From an uncultured virus (IMG/VR IMGVR_UViG_3300010158_000052) (Duplodnaviria; Heunggongvirae; Uroviricota; Caudoviricetes): a stretch of 64,000 bases of DNA. The translations under genes were made by a program, and so were the position numbers. Each line of letters opens with the position of its first letter. The stretch's first letter is position 1. The stretch lies in the IMG/VR virus record IMGVR_UViG_3300010158_000052. One strand, given 5' to 3'. A model generated the notes under the pieces. The model saw only the letters and a program-made list of their open reading frames with translations. It did not search any database and was not told the origin of the DNA. Shown one piece after another: positions 9,686 through 20,360 of the stretch.

Positions 9686-11593
9686 ATGCCATTTAAATCG
9701 CCATCAAATACCGCAGTAATTCAGCCAGTTGCCCTTGCTACTGGTCCCAATTTTGGTTCTATGGACAATCTTGGTAGAATTCGCACATCAAGACACCAAA
9801 ATATATATGAAGCTGACTTCGAATATGGCACACAGCCTATGCGATGGGAAAACTTTATTGTTGGCACTGGAGCATCTATTACACACCAACCTGGTCAGGG
9901 TGGTTGTCGTATGAGAGTTTCGACTGCTAACAATGATTTGTGTGTTCGTCAAACTCGTCCATATCATCGGTATCAACCAGGTAAAACAATGGTTATGTCA
10001 ACTGCTGTTAATCTAGGAGCAGCCCAAACTAATCAGCGTCAACGTGTTGGTTTCTTTGATGACGGTAACGGTGTTTTCTTTGAACAAGGCGATCCAATTG
10101 CAACAGCAACAACAAATACACAAACAGGATCAGTAACCAGTGGAAATAATATTCTAACTGGACTAACAAGTACTTTCGGCTTCCATTATGGAATGCAAGT
10201 AACTGGAAATAATATTTCAACTTCTACTCCAACATTTGTAACTCATGTTGCTAATAGTACTGCCGTTGTTTTAAGTCAAGCAGCAACAGGAACTTCTGTA
10301 GCAAATACAGTATCATTCAATATTCCTGCCAATCCATATGGTATGTTTGTTGTTGTTCGTTCTGACACTCAATCTGCTCTTGGAACCAGTATTGGTGTAA
10401 ATGGCGGTCTTCCAACAGATACTCGTTATCCAGTTTCAACATGGAACGGAGATGCCGCATCAATAGCAAAAATTGACTGGTCGCGTATTCAAATGCTTTG
10501 GATAGAGTATGCTTGGTATGGTGCTGGTCTAACTCGTTGGGGCGTTGTTATCAATGGTGAATGGGTAGTAATGCATTCGATTGGTTCTGGTAATAGAGCA
10601 GTCGGAACACTAACACAACAAGGTCCTTGGTCTCGTACTGGAAATCTTCCTGTTCGTTATGAACAAAGAAATCTAGGAACAACTGCTGCTATTAATGACA
10701 TGTTCCATTATGGAGTTTCAGTTGTTGTTGAAGGTGGATCAGACGAACAAAGAGGATTTACTTATTCTTATGGAAGTAATACTTCATCTCCGCAAAAAAC
10801 AGTAAATGGTGCAAATACTCGTTACCCCGTTCTTTCTGTTCGTCCTAGACCAATGGCAACAGTTGAAGCAAGTGGTAATGCCACGTTCAATCCTTCAAAT
10901 TCTCAGAGTAACACAACTGCTCTTATTATTAATACAGCAAATACAAGTTGGACTACAAATCAATTTGTTGGACGACACATCTATTTGCCTGGACTAACAT
11001 CTGCTGGAGTTACTGGCGGAATTACTGGACGAATTACTGCAAGTAATACTACTGCTTTCCAATTTGTTGACGTTATTACTGGACTTGCTATTGCAAATAC
11101 TCCAGGCGCAAATCAAGCATATCAAGTTGGTCTATTAAATCGTGGTCAGCTTCTACCAAAATCCTTGTTTATTTCTGCCAATGCCGCTGCTGTTGTGGAA
11201 CTTATTAGTAGTAGCCCAACATCTCCAGTTATTTTGACCAGTCCTACTTGGGCGTCCCTTGCAAATACTGCATATTCATTAAATACAGCAAACGGTTCAG
11301 CCGCAAACGTACAACAGGCATTGATTAGTGGATCAAATAATTCTGGACTTGGTTCTAACTATTCATTCGCAGAACGGGACGTTAGTGCTACTGGTATGAG
11401 TGGCGGAGAAGTTGTGTTTGCGTTCGTGTCTCCTTCTGGCGGCTCTGGACTACAACAAATCGATCTGTCATACTTCTTCCCACTATACAATACAGTAGCT
11501 GGAGGAACTCCTGATGTTCTTACCGTAGCAGTAACAACTCCTGGTACAACTAATATTGGGGTTCACATTGTTGCACAGGAAGCTATGTCGTAA
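9686..11593 (+). CDS. Putative virion structural protein
   Basis: RQTRPYHRYQPGK, RVGFFDDGNG and WYGAG motifs seen in T4-like phage structural proteins; late promoter at 9643. Confidence 0.65.
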   Translation: MPFKSPSNTAVIQPVALATGPNFGSMDNLGRIRTSRHQNIYEADFEYGTQPMRWENFIVGTGASITHQPGQGGCRMRVSTANNDLCVRQTRPYHRYQPGKTMVMSTAVNLGAAQTNQRQRVGFFDDGNGVFFEQGDPIATATTNTQTGSVTSGNNILTGLTSTFGFHYGMQVTGNNISTSTPTFVTHVANSTAVVLSQAATGTSVANTVSFNIPANPYGMFVVVRSDTQSALGTSIGVNGGLPTDTRYPVSTWNGDAASIAKIDWSRIQMLWIEYAWYGAGLTRWGVVINGEWVVMHSIGSGNRAVGTLTQQGPWSRTGNLPVRYEQRNLGTTAAINDMFHYGVSVVVEGGSDEQRGFTYSYGSNTSSPQKTVNGANTRYPVLSVRPRPMATVEASGNATFNPSNSQSNTTALIINTANTSWTTNQFVGRHIYLPGLTSAGVTGGITGRITASNTTAFQFVDVITGLAIANTPGANQAYQVGLLNRGQLLPKSLFISANAAAVVELISSSPTSPVILTSPTWASLANTAYSLNTANGSAANVQQALISGSNNSGLGSNYSFAERDVSATGMSGGEVVFAFVSPSGGSGLQQIDLSYFFPLYNTVAGGTPDVLTVAVTTPGTTNIGVHIVAQEAMS

Positions 11594-11619
11594 GACATAG
11601 CCTTTCTAAGGAGTACTAA

Positions 11620-11985
11620 ATGTCCGCAAAAGCTAATATTGTTGTCGATCAAGGATCAACGTTTTCAACAAACATAAATCTAACAGATAGTTTAGGCAAC
11701 AATATTAACTTGGCTAATACCACTGCTATAGGTCAAATAAGACAATGGTATACTTCAACTGCGTTTGTTAATTTTACTATAGCTATCGCAAATACAGCTT
11801 CTGGAAGTTTATATGTTTCGTTGAATGCAAATACAACTGCATCTATGTCTCCTGGTAGATATGTGTATGATATAGACACCGTTAATAATAATACGCAAAT
11901 TATTACACGAGTAGTAGAGGGCATATTGACAGTAACGCCTACAGTAACACAAATGTCAGGAATAACATATGGCTCAGGATATTAA
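11620..11985 (+). CDS. Small virion protein (baseplate/fibre adaptor-like)
   Basis: NIVVDQGSTF...GRYVYDI...RVVEGILTVTP, a family conserved in T4-like phages. Confidence 0.7.
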   Translation: MSAKANIVVDQGSTFSTNINLTDSLGNNINLANTTAIGQIRQWYTSTAFVNFTIAIANTASGSLYVSLNANTTASMSPGRYVYDIDTVNNNTQIITRVVEGILTVTPTVTQMSGITYGSGY

Positions 11986-14539
11986 TGTCACTCTATCCAA
12001 TACAAATCCAATTTATTTAAAAAATCAGTCGGTAGACGCAACCGCTATTGCAAATGCGGCTGCTACTGCATATGCTAATGCTGTTGCTAATGCAGTTGCA
12101 CTATATCAGACTACTGCTGGTTTATCTGCTAATGTTTTAACATTAACGTCTAATAATTCCACTAACTTTGGTGGAGTATCATTAGGAACAGTACAAAGCC
12201 AAATTACTAGCAATGCTGCTATTGCTTATTCAAATGCTGTAACTATATCCGCTACTGATGCTAGCAACAAATCTGCCGCTGCTTATTCTAATGCTATAGC
12301 TAAATCTGATACTGCTTATTCTAATGCTATAGCTGTAGCTGCTAGTCTTTATGCGCCATTAACAGGATCAGTCTTTACTGGTCCTGTTTCAGGCATTACT
12401 ACATTAATTGTTGGAAATACAAATATTACTGGATTTGTTACAGTTGATACAACTCTACAAGTTTTTACAAATACTGCTACCTTTGGCACTGCTGCATATT
12501 TTGTTGCTAATGGTAATATTGGGCTAGGCACATCAACTCCTAATTCTAAATTACAAGTTACAGGCACAGCCAATATATCTGGCGCTGTTGCTCTGGGTAG
12601 CACATTAAGTATTGCTGGTGCTCTTTCAGGTATTACTACATTAGCTGCTGGTAATACTACAATTACTGGATTTGCTAATGTAAGTACATCTCTCCAAGTC
12701 GGCACAAATACTGCTACTTTCGGTACTGCTGTGTATCATGTTGCTAATGGTAACATGGGTATTGCCACTGCTTCACCAACACAACCATTACATGTTGTAG
12801 GAAATACGCTTATTGCTTCTGGTTCGCTAGGTATTGGTACTGGTATTAGTGCAGGGCAAACAATTACACTTACTAAAACTTTAACTGGTTCTACAATTTC
12901 GTATGGTATCAATCAAAACGGCGCAGTTCAAAGTGACGTGACTAATCAAGCAAGATCATTTAATAGTACATTTAATGTTGCTAATAATACTACCTTTACA
13001 ACTAATTTTTATAATTATGGTACTGTGCATACTAGACCTACAGCTCTAAACACTACAATATCTACTTTAGGTGGATATTTTGCAGATGCTAGTCTAGTTT
13101 CTGGTGTAGCCAATTATGGTTTCATAGGCAGTATACCTGCATCCTCCACTTTTACAATTACTAACGTATCTCTTACCAGTAATATTGTTACTGTTACTAC
13201 CTCTGCTGCACATGTATTTTGGCCAGGACAAACGATAGTTGTTGCAGCGACCACTACTACTTCCATTAATGGTTCGTTTACAATTCTTACCTGCCCTTCG
13301 ACAACAACTTTCACATATGCATTAGTATTAGCAGATATTACTTCTACTGCTGACACTGGCTCCGCTACAGTAAGTACTGGTCGTTGGAATGCATATATGA
13401 ATGGTACTGCTCCTAACTATTTTGCTGGACAGGTTACTATTGGTACTGCAAACATAACGAATGGATATTTGGCAGTTGCTGGTACACAATCTGTAACAAC
13501 TTCTCAGTTATATGTTGGTGGTACTAATCAGTTTACAGGTACAACTCCTATAGCAATATACTGCAATGCTACATTGACTGGCACATCAGCAATGACAAAT
13601 GTTTACGGTATTAGTCTTGTTCCATCAGCAACTTTAGCTGCTGGCGCTACTGTGACAAACTTTGCCAGTATCAACAACCAACCAACTTTGAACAGCAGTA
13701 CAACACCAACTAACTATTATGGCACGTTGACTCAATTGCAATTTAGTGCTCTTGCTACTGGCGGAACTGTTACCAATATGATTTCATATTTTGCTGCTGG
13801 TCCAGCTTTAAATGCATCAACTACAACAAATATAACAACCTTAGTAGGATTTAAAGCGGGCAATTCCGCTAATGGTACTAATCAAACAATTACTAATATA
13901 TATGGATTTCAGGGAGTACAAAATACTCAAGCTTCTTCTAATGCTTATAATTTGTTTATGGATGGTACTGCTAAAAATTATCTTGCTGGTAATACTGGTA
14001 TCGGCAATACTCTTCCAAACGCCACTCTTGCTGTTACAGGTACTGCTAACGTATCTGGTGCTGTTACTTTAGGAAGTACATTAACAACAGCAGGTCAGCT
14101 TACCGTTACGACTGCTACTAGTAAAGTTATAATCGGAACTGATTCTGGTGGTTCTTTATCATTAGGAAGAATTGATGGTACATCTTCAGCTCCATATATT
14201 GATTTTAATAGTGGCGCAACAGCTGTTGACTATGATGCTCGAATTTCAGTAGGAGCAGGTAACGGCACAGTAGGTGCTGCTACATTAACAATCGCTGCTG
14301 GATCATTAGCGACAGGTAATACTACTATTACTGGAGCCTTAACTACATCAAGTTATTCTAAAACTACTGCGACAGTAGTTGGATCATTAGTTGCCGCAGC
14401 TACTGCGGGTGCTGGGGCAAGATCATTTGTTACTGATTCTACTGTTGCAGCATCTGGAAACTTTGGAGCTATAGTTGCAGGAACTGGTGCTAACTCAGTT
14501 CCCGTATATTCTGATGGTACAAACTGGCGTATAGGTTAA
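11969..14539 (+). CDS. Tail fibre-like protein
   Basis: GNIGLGTSTP / GNMGIATASP repeats, YIDFNSG..DYDARI fibre motif, VYSDGTNW end. Confidence 0.75.
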   Translation: MAQDINVTLSNTNPIYLKNQSVDATAIANAAATAYANAVANAVALYQTTAGLSANVLTLTSNNSTNFGGVSLGTVQSQITSNAAIAYSNAVTISATDASNKSAAAYSNAIAKSDTAYSNAIAVAASLYAPLTGSVFTGPVSGITTLIVGNTNITGFVTVDTTLQVFTNTATFGTAAYFVANGNIGLGTSTPNSKLQVTGTANISGAVALGSTLSIAGALSGITTLAAGNTTITGFANVSTSLQVGTNTATFGTAVYHVANGNMGIATASPTQPLHVVGNTLIASGSLGIGTGISAGQTITLTKTLTGSTISYGINQNGAVQSDVTNQARSFNSTFNVANNTTFTTNFYNYGTVHTRPTALNTTISTLGGYFADASLVSGVANYGFIGSIPASSTFTITNVSLTSNIVTVTTSAAHVFWPGQTIVVAATTTTSINGSFTILTCPSTTTFTYALVLADITSTADTGSATVSTGRWNAYMNGTAPNYFAGQVTIGTANITNGYLAVAGTQSVTTSQLYVGGTNQFTGTTPIAIYCNATLTGTSAMTNVYGISLVPSATLAAGATVTNFASINNQPTLNSSTTPTNYYGTLTQLQFSALATGGTVTNMISYFAAGPALNASTTTNITTLVGFKAGNSANGTNQTITNIYGFQGVQNTQASSNAYNLFMDGTAKNYLAGNTGIGNTLPNATLAVTGTANVSGAVTLGSTLTTAGQLTVTTATSKVIIGTDSGGSLSLGRIDGTSSAPYIDFNSGATAVDYDARISVGAGNGTVGAATLTIAAGSLATGNTTITGALTTSSYSKTTATVVGSLVAAATAGAGARSFVTDSTVAASGNFGAIVAGTGANSVPVYSDGTNWRIG

Positions 14540-14581
14540 TAATTATAAATAATATAGATGTTAAAACTTTAGGAGATTACA

Positions 14582-15325
14582 TTGGCTATTCCTGCTTCAA
14601 GAGACGAACTAAAAGGTTATATTCTTCGTCGTTTAGGTGCGCCTGTAATCGAAATCAACGTCGATTCTGATCAGGTCGATGATAGAATCAATGATGCCTT
14701 ACAGTATTATGCTGATTATCATTTTGATGCTACATCTAAACAGTATTATAAGTATGGTCCGCTAACACAAACTGATTTTGATAATAGATATATTACTCTT
14801 CCTGCAAACATTATAGGTGCAGTTAAGATTTTTCCTGTTGGTCAATCTCTTTCAACAAACAATCTTTTCAATATTAGATATCAAATTTCATTGAATGATT
14901 TGTACGATCTAACATCTACAACAATGGTTCCATACTATATGGCTATGCAGCATATTCAAATGCTAGAGCAGTTGTTAGTTGGCGATCAACCAATTCGTTT
15001 TGTAAGACATATGAATCGTCTTAATATTGATATGGACTGGACAAAAGTAACAATTGGTTCATATCTCGTAATCGAAGCATATCAAGTAGTTGATCCAGAT
15101 ACCTACACGGGTGTATGGGGAGATAGATGGTTACAAAGATACGCCACCGCCTTAGTTAAAAGGCAGTGGGGTTCTAATCTTACAAAATATATCGGAGTAG
15201 CCTTACCAGGCGGAACACAATTTAATGGACAAAAGATTTATGATGATGCTGTTAAGGAAATTGACGACTTAGAAACAGAAATGATCAACTCTTACCAAAT
15301 GCCCCCACAAATATTTATCGGCTAA
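14582..15325 (+). CDS. gp13: Neck protein gp13
   Basis: LRRLGAPVIEINV, KRQWGSNLTKY, LPGG; TTG start after AGGAG; late promoter TATAAATA at 14544. Confidence 0.92.
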   Translation: MAIPASRDELKGYILRRLGAPVIEINVDSDQVDDRINDALQYYADYHFDATSKQYYKYGPLTQTDFDNRYITLPANIIGAVKIFPVGQSLSTNNLFNIRYQISLNDLYDLTSTTMVPYYMAMQHIQMLEQLLVGDQPIRFVRHMNRLNIDMDWTKVTIGSYLVIEAYQVVDPDTYTGVWGDRWLQRYATALVKRQWGSNLTKYIGVALPGGTQFNGQKIYDDAVKEIDDLETEMINSYQMPPQIFIG

Positions 15326-15933
15326 AACGGATAAATCTTAGAGCCATCATTAACCAGATTTCTGTGTCTTATGTTCTGAGCAATCATGTGCATAACAGAC
15401 TGATGACAATCTTCTACAATACCATAATTGTCTTCTTGAACATGGACACAAACATCTGCCTTTTTTGAATATCCTCCACCAAATCCACAGAAGGAAATAA
15501 CTTTGTTTTCTTTTTCCTGTGCAAGAACAATAGCATTCTTGATGTTTGGAGAGTTTCCACTTGAAGATATAGTCAACAAAATATCATTAGGACGAATGAA
15601 GTTTTTTAGTTGATGTGAAAATATATCTTCGTATCCAATATCATTAGCAATAGCTGTGATGATAGGAACATTAGAAGCCAAAGAAACAATCCTTGGCATC
15701 AAGTTGGTATTAGTTGAAATACCCTTCTGACAGTCACATACCAAGTGATTTGCAATAGCAGCAGAACCGCCATTACCACAAACATAAATGATACCATCAC
15801 TCTTGATAGTTGCTTCAATTAAGTTTGCAGCATCTTCTATGCTCTTGTGTAAACGATTGTCGAATAATGCACTGTGAATTCTATCTGCATATTCTCTAGG
15901 ACTGATGTACAATGTGTGATCCTTTATCAACAA
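15322..15933 (-). CDS. gmhA: Phosphoheptose (sedoheptulose-7-P) isomerase, SIS domain
   Basis: CGNGGSAA, TAIANDIGYEDIFS, ISSSGNSPNI, GIVEDCH. True start may be TTG at 15912. Confidence 0.88.
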   Translation of the reverse strand: MLIKDHTLYISPREYADRIHSALFDNRLHKSIEDAANLIEATIKSDGIIYVCGNGGSAAIANHLVCDCQKGISTNTNLMPRIVSLASNVPIITAIANDIGYEDIFSHQLKNFIRPNDILLTISSSGNSPNIKNAIVLAQEKENKVISFCGFGGGYSKKADVCVHVQEDNYGIVEDCHQSVMHMIAQNIRHRNLVNDGSKIYPF

Positions 15934-16879
15934 ATTTAAAGGGAAACTCTTTTAGTCCCTTCTTCTCAAGTTCTTTCTTTAGCTTCTTTTGATCTTGTTT
16001 TGGACAATAGAAAAGAAAATATCCACCACCACCTGCACCCAAAATCTTACCACCAATAGCACCATTCATCAATGCAAATGTATAAAGACCATCTAACTCT
16101 GGATCACTGATACCATATGATAGTTCTTTCTTTTTGAGCCATGCTTCATTTAACAACATACCAAACTCATCAAGTTGATTTTTGTATAGTAAATCTCTAC
16201 CCGCATAAACTTGATCTATCATACTATTCATATTCTTCAAATACATATCGGTATAGTTCTTACTATCATTTTGTATTTTTAATATGTCTGATGCTTTGCG
16301 TGTACGGTTAGTATAAAACATTACTAAATTATCATTCAAGGCATCGATAGTATTTTGTGAAACATTTAATGGCTTAACATTAACCAAGTGTTTATTGAAC
16401 TCGATAACATTCAATCCACCGAAACAAGCTGCGTATTGATCTTGTTTTCCAATAGGACTTTTACATTTATCAATCTCTATAGAACAAGCCAACTCTGCAA
16501 TATCATATCGGTTCATTGGAATATTTTTATATGCAGACAAAGCTGTTATTAAACCTACTGCATACGTAGATGACGATCCAAGTCCAGTACCGACTGTAGG
16601 GACATCAGCAAAAGAACCAATCTCAATATTTGATTTGATACCAAAATGATTTAATATTTCACGAGCAATTTCATGATCTAGGTCTTTAGCATTCTCAACA
16701 ACTTCTACTTTAGAATATGTAAGCTTAAGATGCTGGTTTGGTGTTGGGTTTACGACAATATGCATATACTTATCAATGGCAGTAGACAGAACTGCTCCAC
16801 CAATTTGTTCATATATTGCAGGGACATCGCTTCCCCCTCCAAAGAAACTAATTCGGAGGGGGGTTTTAACAACAATCAT
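15896..16879 (-). CDS. hddA: D-glycero-D-manno-heptose-7-phosphate kinase (GHMP kinase)
   Basis: TPLRISFFGGGSD, GTGLGSSS, GKQDQYAACFGG, GGKILGAGGGG. Confidence 0.88.
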   Translation of the reverse strand: MIVVKTPLRISFFGGGSDVPAIYEQIGGAVLSTAIDKYMHIVVNPTPNQHLKLTYSKVEVVENAKDLDHEIAREILNHFGIKSNIEIGSFADVPTVGTGLGSSSTYAVGLITALSAYKNIPMNRYDIAELACSIEIDKCKSPIGKQDQYAACFGGLNVIEFNKHLVNVKPLNVSQNTIDALNDNLVMFYTNRTRKASDILKIQNDSKNYTDMYLKNMNSMIDQVYAGRDLLYKNQLDEFGMLLNEAWLKKKELSYGISDPELDGLYTFALMNGAIGGKILGAGGGGYFLFYCPKQDQKKLKKELEKKGLKEFPFKFVDKGSHIVHQS

Positions 16880-16881
16880 AA

Positions 16882-17898
16882 TTACCTCGTAGTATTAAAA
16901 GTAATAATTTCTTTTCCAGCATCAGGTAAACTTAAATCTTTACCTTCGTATTGTGCTGCAAGTCCAGTCAATAAGTTTGTCCATTGTTGAACAATCCGTC
17001 CCCAATTATACCTTTGGTCTGCATACATCTTAACAAACCTCAAATATCCTTGAAGATTTTCATCGGAGACTGTACCGATAGCCTCATCTAACAAGCTATA
17101 GAATACACTAGCATGTACATTAGGATTTCTATCCCATTGATACATAGCAGTCAATCCACCAGCAGTATCAGCAAGACCTGCATAATTTGGGTGTACGGCT
17201 AGACAGCCAGCAGACATAGCTTCAATCAACGAACGGGAATTACATTCCATCCAAATGGAAGGATATGCAAAGATATGAGCCTTTTCAACTGTTTCACGAA
17301 CAACTTCATTTGGAGCATATCCATGATAGTTAATCTTTGGGTGTTGGCGACACATTTCATATAGTGGTTCATATTGCCTGTCAGCATCTTCCCACCCATA
17401 AATCTTAAATGATGAAAACACGTCAAGAGTAATATTATCATGCTTCTTACAAAGTTCAATAAAAACAGGAACCAAAAGTTCAAGTCCACGTTGAGGAGTA
17501 GAAGTATAAACTAGACGAATTTCACCATCTGTTGGCTTTGTGATTTCGGGAAACGGAGTAATGGCAGTTTCAATAACAGTTGAATGATTGTCCAACGGAA
17601 TATCATGAACCATCTGAAACGCATTTTGTTGCCAGTTGCCACAATATACAATCTTATGAAAACGATCACGGCTCTTTTTATCTTTAAGATGTTTCGTCTC
17701 AGGGTCTCCTGGAAGATCATGTAGCCAATAGATACGAATCTTGTCTTCCTTTAGTTCTCTAACTCGGCTAGTAATAATTTGAAACTTATTTGCTAGTTCA
17801 GGATCAAGACGAGCCATAAGACCCTCTGCCATTTGTTCCGATCCACCCATAGAGTTTTTATTCAATTCATTGCGTTGCCACGCTGTATTAATAGTCAT
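16882..17898 (-). CDS. Glycosyltransferase (GT-B, GT4-like)
   Basis: GGSEQ, WLHDLP, YTSTPQRGL, AYPSIWMECNSRSLIEAMSAG (Ex7E). Confidence 0.85.
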   Translation of the reverse strand: MTINTAWQRNELNKNSMGGSEQMAEGLMARLDPELANKFQIITSRVRELKEDKIRIYWLHDLPGDPETKHLKDKKSRDRFHKIVYCGNWQQNAFQMVHDIPLDNHSTVIETAITPFPEITKPTDGEIRLVYTSTPQRGLELLVPVFIELCKKHDNITLDVFSSFKIYGWEDADRQYEPLYEMCRQHPKINYHGYAPNEVVRETVEKAHIFAYPSIWMECNSRSLIEAMSAGCLAVHPNYAGLADTAGGLTAMYQWDRNPNVHASVFYSLLDEAIGTVSDENLQGYLRFVKMYADQRYNWGRIVQQWTNLLTGLAAQYEGKDLSLPDAGKEIITFNTTR

Positions 17899-18821
17899 CG
17901 TAAACCTTTCTGATAATGATTCCAAGCACTTTGGATCATGCTGTTTAGTGTTTCTTTTGGTTCCCAGTTACTGGATCGACAATATGCAAAGTTATCGCCA
18001 ACTAGGATAGATGGGTCTCCAGGTCGATAATCACCAAATTCAACATCAATAGTTGTATCGGTAATTTTCTTAAATGTATTGAAAAGCTGGAGATTTGAAG
18101 TTGGAGTTCCAGTACAAAGATTAAATCTTGTTGCACCATCTCTATCGATATTTAGTTCTTCAATAATAGCAGAGCAAACATCATTTACGTGGATATAGTC
18201 ACGAAGACATGTACCATCTTCTGTCAAAAATGTATCGCCATTGATAACAAAGTTTTTGTTTTCAGCATCTGCTCGACACATAGAAGTAATGATGTGTGGC
18301 TGATCACTAGCTTGACCCATACCAGTTTCCTCATCCGCACCACAAACATTGAAGAACCTAAACGAAGTGGACTTGAAATTATATGCATTAAAGCAATCTT
18401 CCAAAATCATTTCCATCATCCTCTTGGTGTTTCCATAAGGATTAATGGGCATCTTTGGGATATATTCTGGAATAGGAGAAACTTCAGTATTTCCATAAAC
18501 AGCAGCAGAAGAGGCAAAAATAAATTTACCTCCCCATTTTAGATCAACAAGAGACTGTAGCATCTTGATATTCTTAGTGACATTATTATCATAATAGCTT
18601 AATGGGTTCTTGACAGATGGACCCAATAAACTATCTGCACCAAGATGAACGATAGCTTCAATAGGAGAATCAACTGACTTAATCAATCGACGAATACCAT
18701 CATAATCATTAGATGGGCTGTCTTTCAAATCAATACCGTCAACAGTATGTCCAAGATTTCGTAGCTTTGCGGTTAGGACAGAACCGATATAACCTAAATG
18801 CCCAGTAACAACAATATTCAT
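17895..18821 (-). CDS. galE: UDP-glucose 4-epimerase-like NAD-dependent epimerase
   Basis: TGHLGYIGS, SSAAVYG, PYGNTK (YxxxK), DGTCLRDYIHV. Confidence 0.85.
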   Translation of the reverse strand: MNIVVTGHLGYIGSVLTAKLRNLGHTVDGIDLKDSPSNDYDGIRRLIKSVDSPIEAIVHLGADSLLGPSVKNPLSYYDNNVTKNIKMLQSLVDLKWGGKFIFASSAAVYGNTEVSPIPEYIPKMPINPYGNTKRMMEMILEDCFNAYNFKSTSFRFFNVCGADEETGMGQASDQPHIITSMCRADAENKNFVINGDTFLTEDGTCLRDYIHVNDVCSAIIEELNIDRDGATRFNLCTGTPTSNLQLFNTFKKITDTTIDVEFGDYRPGDPSILVGDNFAYCRSSNWEPKETLNSMIQSAWNHYQKGLR

Positions 18822-18992
18822 TTAGTCCTCATAATCTAGTTCAATATCGGGAAAATCTGCTTGATAGCCTCGTGCAATTTCAAGTGACAAAGACAAAACA
18901 GCTACAGCATGAATACGAGCAGCAATATTAATAACGATCCATCGTGCAATAATTGCCCTGAACTTTTCGAAACCTTTTAATTCTTGCTTCAT
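18822..18992 (-). CDS. Small hypothetical protein (56 aa)
   Basis: Own translation; fills the operon gap with coupled start and stop. Confidence 0.5.
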   Translation of the reverse strand: MKQELKGFEKFRAIIARWIVINIAARIHAVAVLSLSLEIARGYQADFPDIELDYED

Positions 18993-19279
18993 GGGTTCAG
19001 TTCCTTGGGCATACTAAATGCCTGAATCTTGTCAACTCGCATTGAACGCCAACCCTTGTTTTCAGTATCAAATACTGCTAGAACATCGGGATTTGGTTCT
19101 CGTACTGTTTCTGTCTTTTTTTCAGGAGCCGTATAATGCTCACTAATATAATTAGCATCGAGCGTACACTGCATCTTACGCAGAGTACCATCTACCTTCT
19201 CAAAGGTAATTTCAAGAATATTAGTACGCAGAAAAGTCTTAATCATATCTAGCATTTGTGCATCATTCATCATTATCAT
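18989..19279 (-). CDS. SH3/Sm-like beta-barrel protein (WYL_2/DUF2693-like)
   Basis: ITFEKVDGTLRKMQCTL...VFDTENKGWRSMR. Confidence 0.75.
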   Translation of the reverse strand: MIMMNDAQMLDMIKTFLRTNILEITFEKVDGTLRKMQCTLDANYISEHYTAPEKKTETVREPNPDVLAVFDTENKGWRSMRVDKIQAFSMPKELNP

Positions 19280-19514
19280 CCTTCAATAGCATGTTCAATT
19301 GAGCAAATCCACCAATATATGTTTCAATCATATTATTAACATATACAATCTGTGGAAAGGTTTTTGCGTTAGGAAACTTTTCTAGAAGTTCTTCTTTAGA
19401 AAAATGCTCACCTAACTTGAACAGTGTATAGTCTTGTTCCTGACTTGTCAAGAGGGAAACTGCGCGATCACAATATGTGCAGTTTTCCTTACCATATACA
19501 AAATAATAACTCAT
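19263..19514 (-). CDS. Glutaredoxin
   Basis: CTYC, TFPQI, YIGGF. Confidence 0.9.
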   Translation of the reverse strand: MSYYFVYGKENCTYCDRAVSLLTSQEQDYTLFKLGEHFSKEELLEKFPNAKTFPQIVYVNNMIETYIGGFAQLNMLLKDDNDE

Positions 19515-19960
19515 TATGCGGTTTCCTCAAAAATAAAATTAGAACCATCAACAGTCACAGAGACTGTCTTACAACCATTGGTCTTAGCATAGTCACGACC
19601 ACCATCGATCATAGCACCCTTCTTCTCAACATAATCGTGACGATAACGAGACACTATAACCTCACCATCATCACATACAGAACCAGTCATAGGCTCAGAG
19701 AAAGCTGACTTTGCATCAGTGACATAGACATGACGACCATGTTCTTCGTGTCCAGAAGTTTGAATGTACACACCAATATAATGTGAATGTCCAAGATCAC
19801 GATTAGGATTTGCATCATAGAATACATCTATTGGTTGTTCGTTCCAGCTACCATCCTTACGTTTAGTACACCAATAACCCATATACTGAGCTTTGTACTT
19901 TTCGCCAATAGTCTTTAGACTAGCAGCATTAAAGTGGTAGCCGTCCTTTGGAATATTCAT
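19514..19960 (-). CDS. Conserved phage hypothetical protein
   Basis: SRYRHDY..IDGGRDY motif; start placed at ATG 19960 to avoid overlap with the upstream gene. Confidence 0.65.
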   Translation of the reverse strand: MNIPKDGYHFNAASLKTIGEKYKAQYMGYWCTKRKDGSWNEQPIDVFYDANPNRDLGHSHYIGVYIQTSGHEEHGRHVYVTDAKSAFSEPMTGSVCDDGEVIVSRYRHDYVEKKGAMIDGGRDYAKTNGCKTVSVTVDGSNFIFEETA

Positions 19961-19967
19961 AAATAAG

Positions 19968-20336
19968 TTAGCAGTTTCCATAGTATCCACACTGATATGC
20001 TCTTTGTTCACGTTCAATTCTTTCTCTTTCAAGTCTTGCTCTAAGACCACGCTGATATGCTTCTTGTTCATAGTCATCGTAATAAGGTTGTCTTTGGATA
20101 TTTGTGTTATTCTGTCTATGATTATAGGCGTCAGCAATAACTGCTCCTAAAATTAAAGCTCCGACACCGATAGCAATTTTTTCAGAATTGTTGTTCTTTT
20201 TTCCAAAATCTTTTCGAGTGTCTACATGAGAATGTTCACGATAGTTTCGTTCCCATTCTCCACCATATTCTCTTGCCGATACAGATGTTGCAAATATGGA
20301 CAACAAAGCGATAACAGCGATCATATTAATTTTCAT
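19968..20336 (-). CDS. Exported protein with signal peptide and glycine-zipper helix
   Basis: MKINMIAVIALLSIFATSVSA signal; IAIGVGALILGAVIA; SD AAGGAG. Confidence 0.75.
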   Translation of the reverse strand: MKINMIAVIALLSIFATSVSAREYGGEWERNYREHSHVDTRKDFGKKNNNSEKIAIGVGALILGAVIADAYNHRQNNTNIQRQPYYDDYEQEAYQRGLRARLERERIEREQRAYQCGYYGNC

Positions 20337-20360
20337 GTTTTATCTCCTTACCATAAAACC

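Noticed and set aside
19961..20137. N-terminal extension of ORF 19514-20137
   Set aside because: Overlaps the better-supported 19968-20336 gene; ATG 19960 is more likely.
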